DNA of 64,000 nt from an uncultured delta proteobacterium (lineage in GTDB: Bacteria > Desulfobacterota > RBG-13-43-22). Made by a program: the position numbers and the translations under genes. The number at the start of each line of letters is the position of its first letter. Within the stretch, counting starts at the first letter, position 1. The stretch covers positions 352,001-416,000 of the forward strand of contig CAVQFQ010000004.1 in the NCBI GenBank assembly GCA_963711835.1, read 5' to 3'. Positions 60,264-64,000 of the stretch are shown piece after piece. The notes below the pieces were generated by a model. It did not search any database. It had not been told where the DNA came from and was given only the letters and a program-made list of their open reading frames with translations.

Positions 60264-61253
60264 ATGATGGAGATTTTACTGTTGGTTGAGGCCAAAGAAG
60301 GACACCTGGATAAGACGACCCTGGAACTGATACGAGGGGGAAGCGACCTGGCTAAGGATCTGGATATTGGCACCTCCGCCGTAGTGGTCGGAGATGAGAC
60401 CTCCCGATTAGCGGACTCTGTGGCCTCCTATGGATTAAAGAAGATCTACAAGCTGGAACATCCTTTGTTGAAAGGCTTCCAGCCTGAGGCCTGGGTAGGG
60501 GCATTGGAGTGGTTATGCCGGCAAATAACGCCCGGGATATTTCTCATCAGTCACTCCTTCGTCGGCAAGGAAGTAGCGCCCAGGCTGGCCTATCGGTTGA
60601 ATACGGAACTCACCACCGATTGCCTGGGCCTGAGGATCGATCCCCAGGACGGCCTGCTTATTCGCACCAAGCCCATTTACGGGGGCAACGCTATCGCCCT
60701 TTTGAAGTGTGCCGGCCTGCCTCAGATGGTCACCGTTAGAAAAAATTGCTTTGGGCCCATGGAGAAAGTCACGACGCAGAGTGATCTGGTGGCTATGGTT
60801 CCTGCGCTGGATGAATCCCTAATCAAGGTTAAATCACTGAAGACGGTAAAAGAAGAAGTCGTCGAATTGGACAAAGCCAATATGGTCATAGCGGGTGGAA
60901 GAGGGATCGTGGCCAAAGAGGATTTTGAAATGCTGGGCGCTTTGGCCCAGGCGCTGAGCAAATCCCAGGGGAAGGTGATGATCGGCTGCAGCCGACCGGT
61001 GGTAGATAAATGTTGGCTGTCCTCCGACCGCCAGGTAGGCTTGACCGGTTCGATCATTGCCCCGGATACCTATATGGCCGTAGGGATATCCGGAGCCATT
61101 CAACATCTGGTGGGTATGATAAGGTCCAAGAGGATCATCGCCATCAATACCGACCCCGGCTGCAATATGTTTAAAGTAGCCGATGTGGGCGTTGTGGAGG
61201 ATTATAAGGCGCTCATCCCGGCTTTGGTAAAAAAATTGGAGGAGCTGGCATGA
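60264..61253 (+). CDS. etfA: Electron transfer flavoprotein subunit alpha
   Basis: AGGRG, QVGLTG, GISGAIQHLVGM. Confidence 0.93.
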   Translation: MMEILLLVEAKEGHLDKTTLELIRGGSDLAKDLDIGTSAVVVGDETSRLADSVASYGLKKIYKLEHPLLKGFQPEAWVGALEWLCRQITPGIFLISHSFVGKEVAPRLAYRLNTELTTDCLGLRIDPQDGLLIRTKPIYGGNAIALLKCAGLPQMVTVRKNCFGPMEKVTTQSDLVAMVPALDESLIKVKSLKTVKEEVVELDKANMVIAGGRGIVAKEDFEMLGALAQALSKSQGKVMIGCSRPVVDKCWLSSDRQVGLTGSIIAPDTYMAVGISGAIQHLVGMIRSKRIIAINTDPGCNMFKVADVGVVEDYKALIPALVKKLEELA

Positions 61254-62047
61254 AAGAAATAAATATAATTGTCTGTGCCAAACAGATACCGGATCCGGAA
61301 GTACCCTTCTCCAACGTCAGTGTAGATAGGGAGAAGAAAGAGGTCATCGTCGACGCTCCCAATGTCATAAGTCCCTATGATGAAAATGCCCTGGAAGCGG
61401 CCATCCGGATAAAGGAAGAGCTGGGGGGGAAGATAACGGTCTTGAGCCTGGGCCGGAAGGTCTCGGATACGGTCCTCCGAAAGACGATAGCCGCCGGGGC
61501 TGACGCCCTGATCCTTATTGAAGATTCGGGCTTCGAGCGGCTGAACAGCAATTCGGTGGCCTACGTGCTTTCCCGCGCCATCCGGAAGATTGGCGCCTAT
61601 GATCTTATCCTGACCGGGAGACAAGCGGGAGACTGGGACTCCGGTCAAGTGGGCCTGATCCTGGCTGAATGGCTGGGAATTCCAGCCATCAGCCTGGCCC
61701 GTTCGGTAAAAGTGGAAGGGGACCGGGTGCTGGTGGAGAAGACCATCCCAGAGGGCTATGAAGTGGTGGAGGCCGGGCTGCCGGCCTTGATAACGGTGAG
61801 CAATGAAGTGGGGGAACTGAGATATGTTTCCCGGAGCAAGATGATGGGGCTGCTCAAGCGGCCGACCCCGATACCCAAGTGGGGAGCCAAAGACCTGGTC
61901 GATGACCTCGAAAGGCTCAAAAAAATCCAACTGGTTGAGTTGTCGCCGCCGCCGGACATGCGCAGGGAGTGTTTGATCATAGAAGGGGCATCGCCTGAAG
62001 AAAAGGCGGACAAGCTGGCCGCTTTTTTCAAGGAAATCACAAAATAA
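61250..62047 (+). CDS. etfB: Electron transfer flavoprotein subunit beta
   Basis: VCAKQIPD, DENALEAA, GRQAGDWDSGQVG. Confidence 0.93.
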   Translation: MKEINIIVCAKQIPDPEVPFSNVSVDREKKEVIVDAPNVISPYDENALEAAIRIKEELGGKITVLSLGRKVSDTVLRKTIAAGADALILIEDSGFERLNSNSVAYVLSRAIRKIGAYDLILTGRQAGDWDSGQVGLILAEWLGIPAISLARSVKVEGDRVLVEKTIPEGYEVVEAGLPALITVSNEVGELRYVSRSKMMGLLKRPTPIPKWGAKDLVDDLERLKKIQLVELSPPPDMRRECLIIEGASPEEKADKLAAFFKEITK

Positions 62048-62063
62048 ATAGGGAGGTAACGAA

Positions 62064-63704
62064 ATGTCTGACCAACTGTACGACGCGGTAATTATCGGAG
62101 GAGGCCATCACGGAACGATCATGGCCCCTTACCTGGCCAAAGCCGGTTTGAAGGTGGGGGTCTTTGAGCGTTTGGACCATTTGGGCGGTGGAGCGGTGAC
62201 GGAAGACCTCCCCGCTCCCGGGTTTCGCGGGAATTTTTGCGCCCATTTTACCCGCTTCTATGGTCACCCCGCCTACAAGGAATTCAATCTTCGCGACGAA
62301 GGACTGGAATATACGTTTCCCGAGACCAATGAAGCCATTATCTTTGATGACGAGACCAGCTATATAGCCTATGCCGCTTTTACCGTAGTCGATCCCAAGA
62401 CGGGTGAAACCCGGTTCAATGAGGCGAACGTCAAAAAGACCTATGATCAGATCGCCCGCTTTTCCAAAAAGGATGCGGACACCTATCTGGATCTGACCGA
62501 AAAATATAAAGAGAAGTGGCGCGCCGCTTTTCATAAGCACCGCTATTCAGCTCCCACGCTCTGGGGAGTGCCGGACGCCCTGGAAGAGCTTTTCTCCGAT
62601 CCCAAGAGCGGGTTGGATCTGCCCATGCAGTTCATGAGCTGCAGGCAGATTGCCCGCTATTTCTTCGAAAGCGATGAACTGAGAATACTTACCTTGAGGG
62701 GCTTTCTAACCTCCTGGGGGTGTTTTCCGGATGATGTCCCCGGTATTGCCGTTACCATTGCCACGATTCACTTAACCTTAGGCTGGGAACCGGCCGCCAT
62801 CGCCAAAGGCGGAACCCAGGCCATCACCGATGCGCTGGTTTCGGTTGGAAAGAAACTGGGGGTAACCTACTCCCTTAATTCGGAGGTGCAAAAAGTACTC
62901 CTGGAAAACGGTCGGGCCAGCGGAATAAAGCTGATGGACGGCACGGAGGTTTCCGCCAGGCAATTGGTGGTGTCGGACAATGCCTCTCCTCAGCTCTTCC
63001 TGCGGCTGATCGGGGAAGACAGGATTACCGAGGATATGAAGCGCAAGGCCCGGGTCTACCAGTTCGATCGCGGCGAGCTGTTTTGGGGCACGGTAGGGGT
63101 TCATGAACTTCCGCAATATAAGGCGGCCAAATCCAACCCGGACATCAACGCCACGCCGCGCACCTATTTTGCTCCTAAAGATCTCGGGTTCATGGAAGAT
63201 AAATATATGCATGAAATCTTTCTTTTCGGCCTGCCTTCCAAAATGTTTATCCTGACCGCCCCCGACAGCATTTGGGATCGCAGCCGGGTGCCTGAAGGGA
63301 AGTATTCTTTGCATGTCGAAGAGTTTACCTGTCCGGCCCGGTTGTTTTCCCGGCGGGAATGGAAACAGATGACCGAGCAGTTTGTGGACGTGCTTTTCGA
63401 GGTCTGGTCTGAGTATGCCCCCAATATGACCAAAGATAACCTGATTACCCATCGCATTACCAATCCGGTTGATATCCAGGATACGCACCTGGACATGCGG
63501 GAAGGGGGTTGGTGTGAAGGAAACGTCACCGGAGTTCAGAATGGACGTTTCAGGGGCATGCCCGGCGGTTATCGGACCTTTATCAAAAACCTTTATATGT
63601 GCTCATCCGGTGTATACGGCGGTCCGGGCATAGGACGCGGCTCAAGTTATAATTGTTATAAGGTCATAGCCGAAGACCTCAAACTGCCCTTACCAAAATA
63701 TTAA
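62064..63704 (+). CDS. Phytoene desaturase-like FAD-dependent oxidoreductase
   Basis: IIGGGHHG...GGGAVTE, KGGTQAI, YRTFIKNLYMCSS...GPG. Confidence 0.82.
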   Translation: MSDQLYDAVIIGGGHHGTIMAPYLAKAGLKVGVFERLDHLGGGAVTEDLPAPGFRGNFCAHFTRFYGHPAYKEFNLRDEGLEYTFPETNEAIIFDDETSYIAYAAFTVVDPKTGETRFNEANVKKTYDQIARFSKKDADTYLDLTEKYKEKWRAAFHKHRYSAPTLWGVPDALEELFSDPKSGLDLPMQFMSCRQIARYFFESDELRILTLRGFLTSWGCFPDDVPGIAVTIATIHLTLGWEPAAIAKGGTQAITDALVSVGKKLGVTYSLNSEVQKVLLENGRASGIKLMDGTEVSARQLVVSDNASPQLFLRLIGEDRITEDMKRKARVYQFDRGELFWGTVGVHELPQYKAAKSNPDINATPRTYFAPKDLGFMEDKYMHEIFLFGLPSKMFILTAPDSIWDRSRVPEGKYSLHVEEFTCPARLFSRREWKQMTEQFVDVLFEVWSEYAPNMTKDNLITHRITNPVDIQDTHLDMREGGWCEGNVTGVQNGRFRGMPGGYRTFIKNLYMCSSGVYGGPGIGRGSSYNCYKVIAEDLKLPLPKY

Positions 63705-63739
63705 CGGCCTGGGAGGAAGCTGGAGATTGGGGGGATACC

Positions 63740-64000
63740 ATGCAGGCGATACATTTCCTAATTAACGGGGTCCCGCGGAAGGTGATCGCCGATCCCCAGC
63801 GAAAGCTCTTGGAGGTCATCCGGAAGGACCTGAGGTTAACAGGAACCAAAGAGGGTTGCTCGGCGGGACACTGCGGTACGTGTACGGTCCTCCTGGACGG
63901 AAAGCCCGTTCTGGCTTGCCGGATTCCGGTATCAAAGGTACGAGGGCGGTCGGTTACCACCATCGAAGGCTTAGGCACCGCCGACCAACCCCACCCTCTG
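63740..64000 (+). CDS. Xanthine/aldehyde oxidoreductase-family 2Fe-2S N-terminal domain (runs off window)
   Basis: MQAIHFLING...LTGTKEGCSAGHCGTCTVLLDG...AC...TTIEGLG. Confidence 0.88.
   Translation, partial: MQAIHFLINGVPRKVIADPQRKLLEVIRKDLRLTGTKEGCSAGHCGTCTVLLDGKPVLACRIPVSKVRGRSVTTIEGLGTADQPHPL

Overview
Chromosomal window from an anaerobic bacterium that looks like a Desulfobacterota/deltaproteobacterium (inferred from gene content). Housekeeping and metabolic blocks: gmd, three GT4 glycosyltransferases and a flippase; ppiD-like; an Hdr-Mvh/Flx electron-bifurcation operon; pyrR, rnc and a radical SAM gene; pstSCABB; tRNA-Arg(TCG); yggT/yggU, suhB, mreB, ispG, proS, relA/spoT; rpmB and purM. 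A sigma-54-driven catabolic operon follows, built around a split phenylphosphate-synthase-like enzyme with ETF, an HdrF-like protein and a Mo-enzyme. Three genes that the ORF track breaks or misses read through in-frame UGA codons with downstream SECIS-like hairpins (a glutaredoxin, HdrA and an HdrD-like protein). Between relA/spoT and rpmB is an accessory zone: a ~9.2 kb island bounded by a duplicated relA 3' end, then a decaying RHS locus. The most unusual structure is inside that island. Five same-orientation units each carry a GGGACGTTC-type boundary motif and the 5' stub of a NERD-nuclease gene, and each is followed by one small cargo module, mostly toxin-antitoxin genes. This cassette-like array has no integrase or attC, and the same boundary motif brackets genes at the left edge of the window. 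All family assignments are from motif recognition, not database searches.
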